From the NCBI RefSeq assembly GCF_006345805.1, contig NW_021828909.1:1-7089 (forward strand): a DNA stretch of 7,089 bases. The letters are read 5' to 3'. Position numbers and translations under genes: made by a program. The notes below the pieces were generated by a model, which worked only from the letters and a program-made list of their open reading frames with translations, had not been told where the DNA came from and did no database searches. This DNA is from Octopus sinensis. Lineage: Eukaryota. Below are positions 6,393 to 7,089 of this stretch, piece after piece (position 1 is the first letter of the stretch; each line of letters opens with the position of its first letter).

Positions 6393-6508
6393 GGCGCGTA
6401 GTTTAGTGGTTAAAGATATTCGTCTCACGATCGTAAAGTCGTCAGTTCGATTCCCGGCGATGCCGTGTGTCCCTCAGTAAGACACTTTATCTCACGGTAC
6501 TATAGTCC
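6393..6508 (+). mobile_element. SINE family C, 5' part (tRNA-like head plus CORE-like segment), interrupted by a SINE-A
   Basis: A-box-like TAGTTTAGTGG (6399-6409), B-box GTTCGATTCC (6445-6454), then tgtgtccctcagtaagacactt resembling CORE-type TGTGTCCTTGRGCAAGACACTT. Confidence 0.8.
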
Positions 6509-6737
6509 CGGCGAGCTGGCAGAAACTTTAGCACGCCGGGTGAAATGCTTTGCGGTATTTCGTCTGCCGCTACGTTCTGAGTTCAAATTCCGTCGAGGTC
6601 GACTTTGCCTTTCATCCTTTCGGGGTCGATTAAATAAGTACCAGTTACGCACTGGGGTCGATATAATCGACTTAATCGGTTTGTCTTTCCTTGTTTGTCC
6701 TCTCTGTGTTTAACCCCTTGTGGGTAGTAAAGAAATA
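6509..6737 (+). mobile_element. SINE family A, near full length, nested in SINE-C with a 13-bp TSD
   Basis: A-box-like TGGCAGAAACT (6517-6527), B-box-like GAGTTCAAATTCC (6579-6591) and tail gtagtaaagaaata. Flanked by ggtactatagtcc (6496-6508) and ggtactttagtcc (6738-6750). Confidence 0.9.
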
Positions 6738-6762
6738 GGTACTTTAGTCCACTCAACTGACA
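6738..6762 (+). mobile_element. SINE family C continuation after the nested insertion
   Basis: Right TSD followed by actcaactgaca. That this continues SINE-C (...agtccactcagctg...) is from recall of the family. Confidence 0.55.
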
Positions 6763-7024
6763 ACATTTGAAAATTCAAAGCTGATTAAAAATTTTAAAAT
6801 TTGCTACTTTAATGTAGTTTTCCAAGTCGAATCACAGAAGACATTTCACTTTTACTAGAATTTTTTCTTTCTAAATAAAGTTATAGAGGTTTAAAGTTTG
6901 GTAATTTTCAGCCAATCAGAAAACAGGATTTAGAAGCTGTCATTTTGTGCGTGATGTGTTTTAATATGAAACTATAAATATATCAACTTCTGCTTTACGC
7001 ACGGCATATAACTCCTCATAACTT

Positions 7025-7089
7025 TTCTGCCGAGGTCGACTTTGCCTTTCATCCTTTCGGGTCGATTAAATAAGTACCAGTTACCGCAC
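7025..7089 (+). mobile_element. SINE family A, 5'-truncated copy running off the window end
   Basis: ttctgccgaggtcgactttgcctttcatcctttcgggtcgattaaataagtaccagtt is nearly identical to 6588-6650. Confidence 0.88.

Noticed and set aside
6393-6460. Functional tRNA gene
   Set aside because: A and B boxes are present, but there is no convincing acceptor or anticodon stem, and it runs into a CORE-like SINE body.

Overview
Repeat-saturated, non-genic eukaryotic DNA. It is most likely octopus (coleoid cephalopod); this rests on my recognition of the SINE families, not on a search. I find no intact host gene, tRNA, rRNA or CRISPR array, and the long ORFs in the track are microsatellite artefacts. Contents: (i) three tRNA-derived SINE families, labelled A, B and C here, in about 12 pieces, including a partial tandem dimer, an inverted pair and a SINE nested in a SINE with a 13-bp target-site duplication; (ii) two different R4/Dong-clade (RLE-type) non-LTR retrotransposon relics, both on the + strand with (AAT)n tails, stacked around an unidentified 555-bp non-coding element that has (AAT)n on both sides; (iii) a decayed three-finger C2H2 relic resembling a LINE ORF C-terminus; (iv) a probable Helitron 3' end; (v) long compound microsatellites. 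The most interesting block is 3026-5204, the AAT-associated retroelement stack. Its two divergent R4-like elements share a 3'UTR stem-loop at nearly the same distance from their tails. I see no evidence strong enough to claim a wholly new biological system; the 555-bp element is the best candidate for something uncharacterised.
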